DNA of 64,000 bases from Perkinsela sp. CCAP 1560/9 (taxonomy: Eukaryota > Protista > Euglenozoa: Kinetoplastea). The stretch is from NCBI GenBank assembly GCA_965644495.1, contig CBFFSA010000011.1, positions 1 to 64,000 on the forward strand, written 5' to 3'. The notes below the pieces were generated by a model, which did not search any database, was not told the origin of the DNA, and was given only the letters and a program-made list of their open reading frames with translations. Below, piece after piece: positions 29,501 to 39,927 of this stretch; position 1 is the stretch's first letter, and the number at the start of each line of letters is the position of its first letter. The position numbers and the translations under genes are program-made.

Positions 29501-30287
29501 CACCCCAGCCAGGGAGCAGCGACGCGCTTATGGGGCGGCGGCTATGGACAAGGCCCCGTCGGCCACGCATCTGGTCTGCATGCGACAGATCCAGAACACC
29601 CACTCCACCAAGTGGATGAACGCGTGGCCGAACAGGCCGGAGTACTACATGCGGGATCCCGAATGGGAGACCGCCGCTAGGCTCCGGTACATGGTGGCCC
29701 CCACCTCCGAACCTGAGATCCAATGTGTGTGTGGCGCAGCCCTCAAAAACGAGGATTTCTGTCTCCATGCCATGGATTGCAAAAAGGTTCGGGGGAAGAC
29801 ACAGGCCTCTCGTCACAAGGGGGTCAAGGAAACCTTCAGGAACCTACTGACCCAGTACGGATTCTGCCCGGACCTAGTCGAACCTAGGTTCGACAACGGC
29901 CGGGGACCGGACATCTGTTTCCTTTTGGGGCGGAAGCTCGTCCTCGTAAACGTGACGGTGGTGAACCCACTGGCACCGTCTTATGTGGACAAGGAGGCAG
30001 CAGACCCCTCCTTCACCGTGAGACAGGCCGAACGCCTCAAAAGGCGTACTCACGAAGAAATGGCGGGGGCCAGGGAGATGGATTTCTTCCCGCTGGCCTT
30101 CACCACTTACGGTGTCCCCGGCCCCGAGACCCTCCAGTTTCTTAACCTGGTCGCTCGGAAGGCCACCGGCGAGAAGAATGGTTGCCTCAGCCACCTCATC
30201 ATGGCAATCGGGGTAGCCATCCAAAAGGGGAACGCCCAGATAGCGCACGCCGCGGTACAAAATTGGTACCGACGGGGCGTGCGCTAA
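26377..30287 (+). pseudogene. Retrotransposon ORF2 (2A-like motif, RT, REL endonuclease), broken by an insertion and a frameshift near 29030
   Basis: APGPSGW, YRPIAMGE, QFG, VDLENAFNSISR, GVKQGDP, AYLDD; CVC-x11-H-x3-C, RH, GPD; excising 27238-27823 fuses KSIFC-SDFLGK in frame. Confidence 0.9.
27238..27818 (-). mobile_element. SL-headed structured non-coding retroposon, copy 2, inserted antisense in the CRE ORF2
   Basis: Minus strand begins ..CGCTATAAAGATACAGTTTCTGTACCTTGTTG|GTAC (27813-27778), ends ATAAACAAACAAAA; TTTGT direct repeat at 27233-37 and 27819-23. Confidence 0.8.
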
Positions 30288-30477
30288 ATGGGCCACGATG
30301 GAAAAAGGAAAAAAAAAATTTGATTGCTTGTTTTAAAATCATACACCCCCCCCAATGGACCTTCATGGTTCATGTATTGGGTACTATAGAGGCAATGCCG
30401 CGTTTCATACTTCTCCCCCCTTATTAATCGCAAAAAAAAAAGAAAAAAATTGACCAATTTTTTTGACCAAAAGGGTA

Positions 30478-31020
30478 CCGGGCGTTACTTAACTATGGAA
30501 TTTCTTAATTACGGTTAACGGTTAAAATTTCGTCGATTTTAACCTTATCGGTTAACCGTAATTAAGGAGTAACCGTAATTACGAATTTCCGTAAATAGGG
30601 GAAATGAGCTATGCATTGACCGCAACGAATTTCAACATCAATGAAACGATAACAATCAATCATCAATATCGTGCACCTTATACCCACTAGATTCGAAAGT
30701 GCGTTGTCGCTTTCTCCTAGTGGTATCCACATCATTGTTGCGTTCCCCGTAGCCAAATCCAAGCTATAATGTTTCCAAGCCCCTCGTAATGCAATTATCT
30801 GATACTATGTCGCAACATGGTAGCGCATTCCACATTGCACGAGGAATGCCAGTCGCTCTATTCCCCGCCAAGGAGGCTTTCTGCTTCCTGATATTTCAGT
30901 CACTGGGCGCATAAAAATATTTTGCTCGAAAAATAAAAATGTCACCTTTAATCTTAAATAGATTAACCGTAATTAGGTAAAAACCGTAATTAAGGGCAAC
31001 CGTAATTAAGTAACGCCCGG
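30478..31020. mobile_element. MITE with CCGGGCGTTACTTAA TIRs and TA flanks
   Basis: TA|CCGGGCGTTACTTAAC ... TTAAGTAACGCCCGG|TA; multiple subterminal AACCGTAATTA motifs. Confidence 0.9.
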
Positions 31021-31625
31021 TACAGTAAATATGGTGTAAATTTCTAATATTTTTATTTACAGAAATCATTGAAACTTTATCACTAGCTCTCTTCATCCTT
31101 TCAATGACTGTCGATTCTCACGAGAACAAGACGCCAGACAAAGCGCACACTCGTGGATCAGCGATTTCAGGTCTTTTGGAACGCTGGTTCACGGTTGTTC
31201 CGCTAGCGCCGAGAATGGGTCCCCCGGTGGCCAGCCGTCCTCCCCCCAACACACTTGATTCTCTTCCCACCAGCACGCCTAGGACCTCTAGAGTGTGTAT
31301 GACTACGCAAGAGAAGTTGAAGGTGTTTTTTAGGGTGGAAAAAAATTTACGCTCGACCTGAAATATACTATGCCCCCCACTTATAGTGCCGTTTGGTCGA
31401 AAACTGCGGCTCTATGTGTGATCTCATAAATAAAAATAATGATAATAATAATTTTTCTGAGATTATCATTATTATTTTCATTATCATTATTTATGAACGC
31501 AATAAGGGGAGATGAGAAAAAAAATACATCTGTTTAGTAAGATAAACTTTGTCTAAAACGGAAAAAAACAAGATAAGATTTAAGAGATCACGGGCGATTT
31601 TCCTTATCTTTCTGAAGGTTTTCTA

Positions 31626-32387
31626 ATGCAACGTGTGTCTACTTTGGATGACACTTCCGATCTACGTCGAGGTAAGGTTACCTCGTTGCTAATACCCCAA
31701 GAAGATTTACTCGAACGTTTAATTTCTGATTTAAACGGAAAGGACAAGACGTGGCGTACTACAAAAAAAGGAATGTTCGGTCGGGTAAAGAGTATATCCC
31801 CATGTACTTGGAAAAACGTCATATGTAATGAAGGCGGTGAGGTCACTTCTCTTAATTGGTCCGCGATGGCTCTTTCTGGACTGCTTCAGTGGGACAATTT
31901 GCCTCGCACCCTGCTTACCTGTGATGTATCGCGGAATAGAATATCTGGGAACGTACAACTCGATCGGCTTAATCCGCCAATTACTGTCCTGGATACAGGA
32001 ATGAACTTTCTAGGTGGGGGAGTAGAGTTGACAAATTTGCCGGATAGCATCACAAGGTTATCACTAAACACTAATGTATTTGGAGGGAGTATAAATTTAT
32101 ATCATTTACCACAAGGTCTGGAGCGGCTAATGCTCCACAGGAATAGTTTCGATAATTGCCCAGATCTGTCTTGCCTGCCGAGCACGTTGCAAGTACTTAA
32201 TTTGTCCGACAATACTTTCAGTGGTGTGGTAAAATTTGATACTCTCCCTGCCGGACTAATTCTCCTGTGGTTACAGGGGAACTCGGAATTATCCGGTGAA
32301 ATCGATGAGAGCCTTCTTCCTATTCATTTGCGAGGACAAAGTATAAAGATTGAGAATACCTCCATTTACTTTAAACAGTCGTCATAG
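31626..32387 (+). CDS. Leucine-rich repeat protein (intact family member)
   Basis: C.WKNV.C cap and ~6 LP..L..L.L..N.F.G repeats; paralogous to 13163-14545 and 7860. Confidence 0.9.
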   Translation: MQRVSTLDDTSDLRRGKVTSLLIPQEDLLERLISDLNGKDKTWRTTKKGMFGRVKSISPCTWKNVICNEGGEVTSLNWSAMALSGLLQWDNLPRTLLTCDVSRNRISGNVQLDRLNPPITVLDTGMNFLGGGVELTNLPDSITRLSLNTNVFGGSINLYHLPQGLERLMLHRNSFDNCPDLSCLPSTLQVLNLSDNTFSGVVKFDTLPAGLILLWLQGNSELSGEIDESLLPIHLRGQSIKIENTSIYFKQSS

Positions 32388-32561
32388 CTGAGATGGTGAG
32401 GAAATGCTTTTAGTGTTCTTCGCACTTTTATTTCCGTAAGTTTTAGAGTTCTCCGTGAGTGCATTTATAATGTTTAGCCGGTTTTCAAATGTAGCTTTTC
32501 AAATATACAGCTTATGACAGTTCTGAAGGATTCCAGCGTAGATGATGTAGAGAACCGTGAT

Positions 32562-32807
32562 CCCCCCCTATCCTATCGTTGCCTCGGTACCCCGCCCACA
32601 TTAGCGTTGCTTGCTATACTGTCTCTTGCCTCGAAACGGCAATTTTCTTTTTGGACTGGTAAAAATGTGCCCTAAAAAAGCGATTTTTTTAGATCTTCCT
32701 CAATAATCCCACAACATCTTCGGCTTGCCAATTCTTGGGCCCCTGTTTTTGACCCCCCCTCCTAGCGTTGCTTTTTATCAAAACTAGACTACACTAGGAT
32801 AGGGGGG
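32562..32807. repeat. Possible degenerate MITE
   Basis: CCCCCCTATCCTA / TAGGATAGGGGGG inverted pair, internal TA(G/T)CGTTGC x3; no clean TSD. Confidence 0.45.
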
Positions 32808-32889
32808 TAGTACGTGTTTGATGAATTCGCATGAATTTTGCCTACTGAAATTTTAGTATACAAGACATTTATTTTAAACCACGTTACCA

Positions 32890-35424
32890 ATGACATCTTG
32901 CTCTTTGCCTGCTACTATGGATACTTTTGCTCTAGAGTGTGTCTCTTTCTGGCGTGCAGCTCTGGACCCATCTCGGGCTTCTTGTACTTGCAAGGAGGAA
33001 AAGTATCCAGATCTAAGGTTAGACCATGTTCCCCATGAAGAGGGTCATTCCATTTCTACACAGGGAAGGAGAGCCCTAAATGTTCTACTTCAATCTTTCG
33101 TGGAACACAATTTCACAGGAATTACAGAGTCAATGCGTACCTTACACTTATGTGAACGATGTTACTTCCCCGTGCATCAAGACTTTACAGAGAAAGATTT
33201 ATCGAAATTGCGCTCATGGCTTTCGCTGGATGGGGAAACTGTGTGCCCTGTGCTGTCAAAACAACATTACCTCTTTTTATTGTGGATAGGAGTCAAAAAC
33301 TTTTCCTCCGAATTAGGCCCCCATTTACGGCTGCGCATTAGCATGCTCTACCAGCGTTGCCTTAGTCATCGAAGTCACACATTGTATACAGCCATAAAGA
33401 ATGCCACCAAAGAAATTATTGAAGCCGGTAACGTTTCCATTTCCTTTTCCGAAGCAAGGGCCGAGACACTTGTGGAAGTAGCCAATGCACTGCATTACTA
33501 CGGCGACCATACTGAAATGCAAAACATTCTTTTCAAGGCAGCGAAATACAGCAATTTAGTTTTTGAGGAAGCTGTGCTGGTTGGAGTGCGAACTCGATGG
33601 CAAGAATTTCAGACGGCACAACTCGTCGTAGAGGCGACATCAAGCACAAACGTTTCACGTCCCGAAAACGGGACGTGGGATTGTGCGACCAATGTGAAGG
33701 ACCTAAATAAAGAACTGCCGTTAGAAATAGAGGGTGAGGGTGCCGGACATGATCTGTATACAAGACCCAGAAATGACACAACTTCATGTGATGGAAGTGT
33801 AGAGAACTTGTTACCGGTTCACAATGCGATACTACTCGCCTTCTGCGCTGATATTGAAAAGGAGAACCCCGTGCATGAGTTGACGACGGAAAAAATGGAT
33901 TCTTACGTACAACGGGTCCTGGCCAATCCAACACATACTTGGATTTTAAAGGCTATGTCATTACTTCTCCGCTCCCGGGGGGAAGAAAAGCGAACACGTG
34001 TTGCGCAACGGAGTTTATTGCAACTTCAGCAGCTTGCGGATGAATTTACCAGTGATCCACAAGCGGAACGTGCGAATGGATTTTTCCTTACTCAGTATCC
34101 TTCCTACCATGCTCTCCGATACGAGCTTGCAGGTCGATATTTTAGTGAAAACCTGTATAAGACTGCATTGGAGTATTTTGAACAGTTACACGCTTGGGAC
34201 AAGATAGTATTATGCTCCTTACGTCTTGAGCGACGGAACAGTGTGGAGTTGTTGGCCAGAAGGGCACTCGAAAAAGGCTGCGAATCCGTCGACATACTTG
34301 TTGCTCTAGGCATTGCCACTCACGATGAAACTTCTCTCAGCAAGGCATGGAAACAATCCAATTTTAGTCATGCTGGGGCGGCACGTGCGTTGGCGCGCCA
34401 CCATTTATCTCATAAAGATTTTGAACAAGCGATTGAATACTTCGATGAATGCATAAGATTAAACCCCAGTTTTGGTGGAGACTGGTTTGTTTTAGGATAC
34501 GCCGCCTTGCGGCTGTCCGATTGGTCTCGTGCTGCCGAAGCATTCACCCGTGTATGCCAAATGGAACCTGAAAATGGATGGGGCTGGAATAATCTTTCTA
34601 TGACGCTGATGACGATGAAGAAATTTCGTCCTGCGTATCATGCTTTGTCACAAGCTGTTAAATTTAATGAGCAGAGCTGGCAAGTATGGGAAAACTTTTT
34701 CACTGTTTCAGTGAAATTAAAGGAAACCGATTCCGCACTACGCGGCCTGCGTAAGCTTGTTGATCTTGGTGGACGTCAAGCAGAGCTTGACGATACGACG
34801 TTAAGCGATTTTGGAAACCACGTCTATGAACTGTTGTCGCGTGAGGGAGACGGTGAATTGACAATGTCAGAAGATGATTCAAATACTCATCACTGTGATG
34901 ATGTTCGGCCCGTAATTCAAGCAGACGACAAAATTCAGATGGAATGTACGAATCTAGATTCACTTCTGTGTGAATTTTCGGATGTATCTCAGGAGAAGCA
35001 CACGAATTTACACAGATATTACAACCTTCCACGGATCAATCTTTGGAAAACCAAATATGAAGATCTTTTAGAAGAAATCGTTTCCTTTCACCCGTTTAGC
35101 GAAAAGATTTGCAAAGTAGCGTCTGACTTTCACTACAAAGTAGGAAACTGGAAGAATGCTGCAGATTATAATCTGGCGCACGTTCGCGCTTGTCAGAAAG
35201 AAAATTGGCAACACGACACTAAGAAAGCATTATGTGTCCTTGACGCAGTAGATGAACTTCTGATTCTTGTCAATAAACTTAAATACCGGAAATGGGAAAA
35301 CGTTGCAGCGTTTGAAAATGTAGCAAAAAGGAGAGCTAGTGCCGTGCTCGAAACAACGAGGGTGGTACATGGAAAGTTGAGTCTCTGGGAGCAGGTAAAT
35401 ACCAGACTGAACGCCGTTACATAA
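32890..35424 (+). CDS. TTC27: TPR protein of the TTC27/Emw1 family
   Basis: GVRTRWQ.FQTAQL, RSR.E..R..QRSLLQLQQL, TPR motifs (WF.LGYAAL, WNNLS, WQVWEN). Confidence 0.85.
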   Translation: MTSCSLPATMDTFALECVSFWRAALDPSRASCTCKEEKYPDLRLDHVPHEEGHSISTQGRRALNVLLQSFVEHNFTGITESMRTLHLCERCYFPVHQDFTEKDLSKLRSWLSLDGETVCPVLSKQHYLFLLWIGVKNFSSELGPHLRLRISMLYQRCLSHRSHTLYTAIKNATKEIIEAGNVSISFSEARAETLVEVANALHYYGDHTEMQNILFKAAKYSNLVFEEAVLVGVRTRWQEFQTAQLVVEATSSTNVSRPENGTWDCATNVKDLNKELPLEIEGEGAGHDLYTRPRNDTTSCDGSVENLLPVHNAILLAFCADIEKENPVHELTTEKMDSYVQRVLANPTHTWILKAMSLLLRSRGEEKRTRVAQRSLLQLQQLADEFTSDPQAERANGFFLTQYPSYHALRYELAGRYFSENLYKTALEYFEQLHAWDKIVLCSLRLERRNSVELLARRALEKGCESVDILVALGIATHDETSLSKAWKQSNFSHAGAARALARHHLSHKDFEQAIEYFDECIRLNPSFGGDWFVLGYAALRLSDWSRAAEAFTRVCQMEPENGWGWNNLSMTLMTMKKFRPAYHALSQAVKFNEQSWQVWENFFTVSVKLKETDSALRGLRKLVDLGGRQAELDDTTLSDFGNHVYELLSREGDGELTMSEDDSNTHHCDDVRPVIQADDKIQMECTNLDSLLCEFSDVSQEKHTNLHRYYNLPRINLWKTKYEDLLEEIVSFHPFSEKICKVASDFHYKVGNWKNAADYNLAHVRACQKENWQHDTKKALCVLDAVDELLILVNKLKYRKWENVAAFENVAKRRASAVLETTRVVHGKLSLWEQVNTRLNAVT

Positions 35425-35627
35425 AGTTCGTTCGCAGTTGCAATTTAATTATAACATTAATTAATTTAATATTGAAATAACAACAATCGCGTACAAAATC
35501 TTACCCCGAAAAATAGTGCTAGAGTAGAAAAAATAACAACCCACAATAACAATGTAGCGCATAATAATATTATGTACAGAAGTCTAGAAGAAACGACTAG
35601 AAAAACTTGACTTAAACAGAATATAAT

Positions 35628-38396
35628 ATGAAAACGTTTTGGGTACATCCTGTCCAAACACTCTCAGTTGAAAGCGTCGCTTTGAAGTGGATGGAGGAGC
35701 GCCAAAGAGATGCAAGATTAAAATGGGTTTCAAAAATGCGTCCCTCTACTTGTCTTGTCTCGAACATCTTTCCACTACACGTAGTGAACAATTCTTCCTT
35801 ATTCCAGTACGATATTAATTTTCACTTGAGACCCAACATTCACACAACTGTCACGCCCGGTATCTCGCGCGCAAGGTCTAGTGTCTTGCATTATCTTCGC
35901 TCGAAAACCGGAGAAACTCCATCGTCAGGCGCTTTTATATGCGTTGCGAATAGAATTTACAGCACAGTGTCATTACCTCAAAATTGTATAAATCTTCCCG
36001 AGAAATGCTTTGATCTAAATATCTCAAAGTGCACTTTAACTATGAAGAAAAGTAAAATTTTGCTCCACGAACTTCCGATGGACGAACTGCAACAACTGTG
36101 CAATCGACTGCTCAATTGGAGTATTCAATATCACGGCAGTCGGCACGGTAACTTCAGGCTCTGTCGATCAAATGGTAAAGTAGTAGACTTATCCGATGGA
36201 TGTCTTGTTTCGGGAATTAGAATTCATCGTGGAACTCAACTGCGCACCATTTTTGTGAAGCGTTCTGGTGAAAATGAAGCCCTTTCGACCTTCTCTCCCC
36301 TTTCGCCTCCCCCTTCAACCCGAAGCCTGGCCACTTTAAACGTAAATACCAGCCGTGGCCATCCGCCAATTGTATTTCAGTGCGCCGAAGAATTGCTCAG
36401 CAAAACTTTGAGAAACAAATCTATGCGCCAATACCTTATTCGTGATGCTAGTGGTTCCATGACCCTCACAGATTGGGATTCATCTTCTAGCGGAATCTCA
36501 TTGAAGACTGGCAACGTCTACAGGGCACTGCAACTAAGAATAAAATTGGTGAACCAGAAGTATGACAGGGGAAATTTCGGATTCGAAGCGCATATTGGGA
36601 AATCAACCCGCATTTCAACTTTGTCAGATATGCAAGATGACTCAAAAATTTCGAAGGGGCACGTGTTGATTCCTGATGGAAATAAAAGCCTTTATGAGAT
36701 GGGAGTCCGCGTGGATACGCTTTGTACCGTGGCGAAAAACGAGAGCATTCTTGAAGAGATTGTTCCGATGTATGGCCTCGACATGGACAAAGGTTTGCGG
36801 GACAATTTACGCAGAGAGCTGATTGGCACACCTGTAGTGAATAGCTTAACACTTACGCATGGACAAATTATGGATGTGACGTTTGATGATGAAAATTCTA
36901 AGGAAATCCGCTTGGAGCGGGACAACATTAATCAGTTTTCTTCGCACCATGAGTATCTTCCGAACCAACCTAGAGCGGTGCTTCAAGACCTAAAAGGAGT
37001 ACCATTGCAAGTTCTTCACCGTTCCTATAATCCCAATGAGTCATGGATGGATGCTATATTACCTACATGCTCTCTTCTTCCTCCCCGTCGTCTCCCACTG
37101 TTACAACAAACGGTGCGAGCACTGCAAGAAGGATTGCAGCATTGGGGATTGCAAATAAACGAACAGCCGATAATTACGAAGGATGTGGCAGCGTTTACGG
37201 CACCTTTGGTGACAAAGAAGGCTGTTGGAGCAAAAGACCCCCGACTTAAGGGACCTCACCTTTTCATCTTAATATTGATTGGAAATATCGATGGCAAGAC
37301 ACCTGAGATTTTGTTAAACGGGCTGCCAGGGGAAGAGAGGGCCTGTTGGAAATATTCAACCTTCGACGAAGCAATAAATGCATTACAAAACTGTTCGATC
37401 TATGGTGCGTGTACTGTAGCTGGAATTCTGGCGAATAAAAATCTGCCTGAGGCGGACAAACTAAAACTCAGTGCTTTATGCTTACGACGGGGTATGATAC
37501 CAGTTCACTTTTACGGCAGGAGTCCCAGGAATAAAAATCAATGGCTTGCTGCGAAAAGGCTTGTTGTATGCACGCGTTCTAATGGCAACCCATTGTCCGG
37601 CTTCAATTTGTCTGCAGAAGTGCCCCGTATAGGCACACGGATGATTTTATTCGTTGGTATAGACGTTTGTCACACAAGAACAGGTTCCACAGGAGCCCTA
37701 GTTGGGACACTCTACAATGGTCCGCCTCTCTTGCCCATTATGTATCCATTCTTTTGGCACAGTGAACACGCACGAAACAGTGAGAGTGATGGTGTACTTA
37801 GCGCTTTTTACGAACTGGTAGAAAATGTTCAAACGATACTTTCACAATATTCACCCACACTTCCGCCTTTGTCCGAAATTATGGTAATGCAGGACGGAAG
37901 TGTGCGAAGTGAGATTGATAAACTTGAATTATACATTCCCCAGGGGGTCGAGTTTTCTTTTATTAATCTTCATAAAAGAACTGGAATCCGTTTTACCAGA
38001 GCTGTGTGCGACACCCAAGTAAACTGTATGAGTGGCCAGCTTGTGAGAAATTTGATACCCTCAAATTTGCATCACGGGAAGAGGGATCTTCCAGGCTTCT
38101 TCTTGCAAAGCCATAATTGTGCATTGTCGACAGCTAGAACGCTTTACTGTGTAGTACAACGACGTGCGCATCACTGGGACATTGAAGAACTGAATCGCTT
38201 ATGCTTCGTGCTAAGCTTCCCATTTTCGACAATGCCTTCTAAGTTGCCGTTCCCCACTAGATGTGCGCATCACTTGGCCGCGATAGCACACGAACTACAT
38301 GCCGTGGATCCGGAATTTCAATACCAGTCACTACCTTTGTGCGTTCGCCATCGAATGTGGTTTTCGGGATATAAAAAAAGTGCTTTGCCCGCTTAA
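35628..38396 (+). CDS. Argonaute/PIWI-domain protein, PIWI-tryp-like with OB-fold-like insert
   Basis: FVGIDVCH, MQDGS, HKRTGIRF, FFLQSH..STAR, KLPFPTRCAHHLA; N-domain-like SNIFPL..FQYDINF. Confidence 0.85.
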   Translation: MKTFWVHPVQTLSVESVALKWMEERQRDARLKWVSKMRPSTCLVSNIFPLHVVNNSSLFQYDINFHLRPNIHTTVTPGISRARSSVLHYLRSKTGETPSSGAFICVANRIYSTVSLPQNCINLPEKCFDLNISKCTLTMKKSKILLHELPMDELQQLCNRLLNWSIQYHGSRHGNFRLCRSNGKVVDLSDGCLVSGIRIHRGTQLRTIFVKRSGENEALSTFSPLSPPPSTRSLATLNVNTSRGHPPIVFQCAEELLSKTLRNKSMRQYLIRDASGSMTLTDWDSSSSGISLKTGNVYRALQLRIKLVNQKYDRGNFGFEAHIGKSTRISTLSDMQDDSKISKGHVLIPDGNKSLYEMGVRVDTLCTVAKNESILEEIVPMYGLDMDKGLRDNLRRELIGTPVVNSLTLTHGQIMDVTFDDENSKEIRLERDNINQFSSHHEYLPNQPRAVLQDLKGVPLQVLHRSYNPNESWMDAILPTCSLLPPRRLPLLQQTVRALQEGLQHWGLQINEQPIITKDVAAFTAPLVTKKAVGAKDPRLKGPHLFILILIGNIDGKTPEILLNGLPGEERACWKYSTFDEAINALQNCSIYGACTVAGILANKNLPEADKLKLSALCLRRGMIPVHFYGRSPRNKNQWLAAKRLVVCTRSNGNPLSGFNLSAEVPRIGTRMILFVGIDVCHTRTGSTGALVGTLYNGPPLLPIMYPFFWHSEHARNSESDGVLSAFYELVENVQTILSQYSPTLPPLSEIMVMQDGSVRSEIDKLELYIPQGVEFSFINLHKRTGIRFTRAVCDTQVNCMSGQLVRNLIPSNLHHGKRDLPGFFLQSHNCALSTARTLYCVVQRRAHHWDIEELNRLCFVLSFPFSTMPSKLPFPTRCAHHLAAIAHELHAVDPEFQYQSLPLCVRHRMWFSGYKKSALPA

Positions 38397-38427
38397 TCTT
38401 AGAACAAACAATTCGTTTTTCTTTTCT

Positions 38428-38501
38428 GATGCGTATCTTGCCTATACGTATCTTGCCTACACGCATCTTGCCTATGCGCATCCTGCCTATGCGTATCTTG
38501 C

Positions 38502-38550
<49 letters not shown>
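38428..38550 (+). repeat. 15-bp minisatellite (GCGTATCTTGCCTAT, ~5 copies) followed by (TTTC)n
   Basis: Directly visible just 3' of the PIWI stop. Confidence 0.9.
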
Positions 38551-38552
<2 letters not shown>

Positions 38553-38738
38553 TTTTGTTTGAATTTATCTAATTCCAGCCGAAAACATATTTTAATTGCA
38601 CCGTTCATGTTCTACAAGAAAGCACACCCCATGGATTCAATTTGAGACACTACAAATTGATACACATTACTACTCTCATCTTTATTATCTCGGTACATTT
38701 ACATTTTTCCTTTTAAGAAAATTTCGTTTTTGCTTGTA

Positions 38739-38845
38739 CCGGGTATTGCTTAATTACGGAATTTCTTAATTACAGGTAACGGTTAAAATTTCGTCGATTT
38801 TAACATTAAATCGGTGTAACCGTAATTAAGAAATTCCGTAAATGG
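38739..38845 (+). mobile_element. Left end of a MITE related to 30478-31020
   Basis: TA|CCGGGTATTGCTTAATTACGGAATTTCTTAATTAC..TAACGGTTAAAATTTCGTCGATTTTAAC; right end not found. Confidence 0.75.
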
Positions 38846-38871
38846 GAAAACGGTTATTGATTGATGGCACG

Positions 38872-39095
38872 CGCACCCTTATAAGTTATAACGGACCCAG
38901 AAAGGTATGTATAACGCATAAAGCTTGCACTCTTATAGTGCATATTGTACCCTTGATAACGCAGATTGTACCCTTGATAATGCATATAGGGCCACTGATA
39001 ATGCATATTGTATCCTTGATAACCCATAAAACTCGCACCCTTATAATGCATAATGTAACCTGATAATGCATAATGTAACCTGATAATGCATCATG
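38872..39095 (+). repeat. Degenerate ~21-bp tandem repeat (ATAATGCATATTGTACCCTTG)
   Basis: About 10 diverged units. Confidence 0.8.
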
Positions 39096-39264
39096 TAATC
39101 GAATAAAAAAAATCTGTCTTTCTTTCACCATGTGCCAAACGGTAGAAATGTTGGGAAAATAATATACTATAAAACTGTATGGGCCTTGTTTGTATTGGAT
39201 ATTTGCATTGCGTGTGCCTTGTATTGAGAGGGTTGAAACCTGTTAAGTTTTGTCTGGTTTTTGC

Positions 39265-39600
39265 CAGGACACCTATTTTTTGGGCGTCATTTTGGGAGAC
39301 GTGTCACGGCTTCAAGAAGGGGTATCTTGTGAAAACAACGGCGTAGAAAGCTAGTATTGTTCCCAAACTCTCAAACTACTATAGGTGAAACGATTCGAAA
39401 AATTATTTTTACCCATGTTTTTCGCCAAGTTAACATTTTTTTCAAATTTCTTTTCAGAAAAAAACGAACTTGGCAGCCCCATCCTGTTGATACCAGGGGG
39501 AGTCGTCCCCGAGTACGGTGGAAAATGTGCGCCAAGACCTCGGCTACCCCTTCTGGTGGTTTATTTCGAAAAGTTTTTTTTCAAACGACGGAGACCAAGT
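39265..39600 (+). repeat. Internal fragment of the hairpin-ended family
   Basis: GAAAACAAC.GCGTAGAAAGCTAGT...CCCAAACT.TCAAA...CGCCAAGACC.CGGCTACCC matches ~430-720. Confidence 0.7.
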
Positions 39601-39927
39601 TTTTTTCGTGAGTTGAATTCCAACACGTTACAGCGTGTGCTGTGCTAATTTTCCAATATAAAACTTGAAATTCACTCATTTCTTCGTTAGCCTGAGAGTT
39701 GTAACACATTTTGCTTTCGCTGCTCACTTCGAATTCTTCCATATACCACCATATCACCACAGACGCATTACCCCCCTCTAAGGTGTTGGTAACCTGTTCT
39801 GGGCCGTGAAGATGCCCTATGAGCTTCTCGATATGGCGCTTCACGGGCCCATAGATCATCCGAGGGCGCAAAGGTGTATTTTCCAAGCGTCGCGTGGATG
39901 CTCTCTGAGCATAATATTTTTGAATCG

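Larger units (their letters stand above)
24970..30318 (+). mobile_element. Near full-length CRE/SLACS/CZAR-clade non-LTR retrotransposon (disrupted)
   Basis: 5' SL tail, zinc-finger ORF1, RT, C-terminal CCHC plus restriction-like endonuclease, poly(A) 30309-30318; AAAAAAATTT at both junctions is a possible TSD. Confidence 0.9.

Noticed and set aside
31104-31361. 85-aa ORF as a gene
   Set aside because: No motif, lies within a repeat island; unsupported
24868-31400. A MITE family starting TACT(G/A)TGC(T)CCCCCCACTTATA (24868, 31368) enclosing the CRE element
   Set aside because: Two similar left ends are visible but no convincing matching right end
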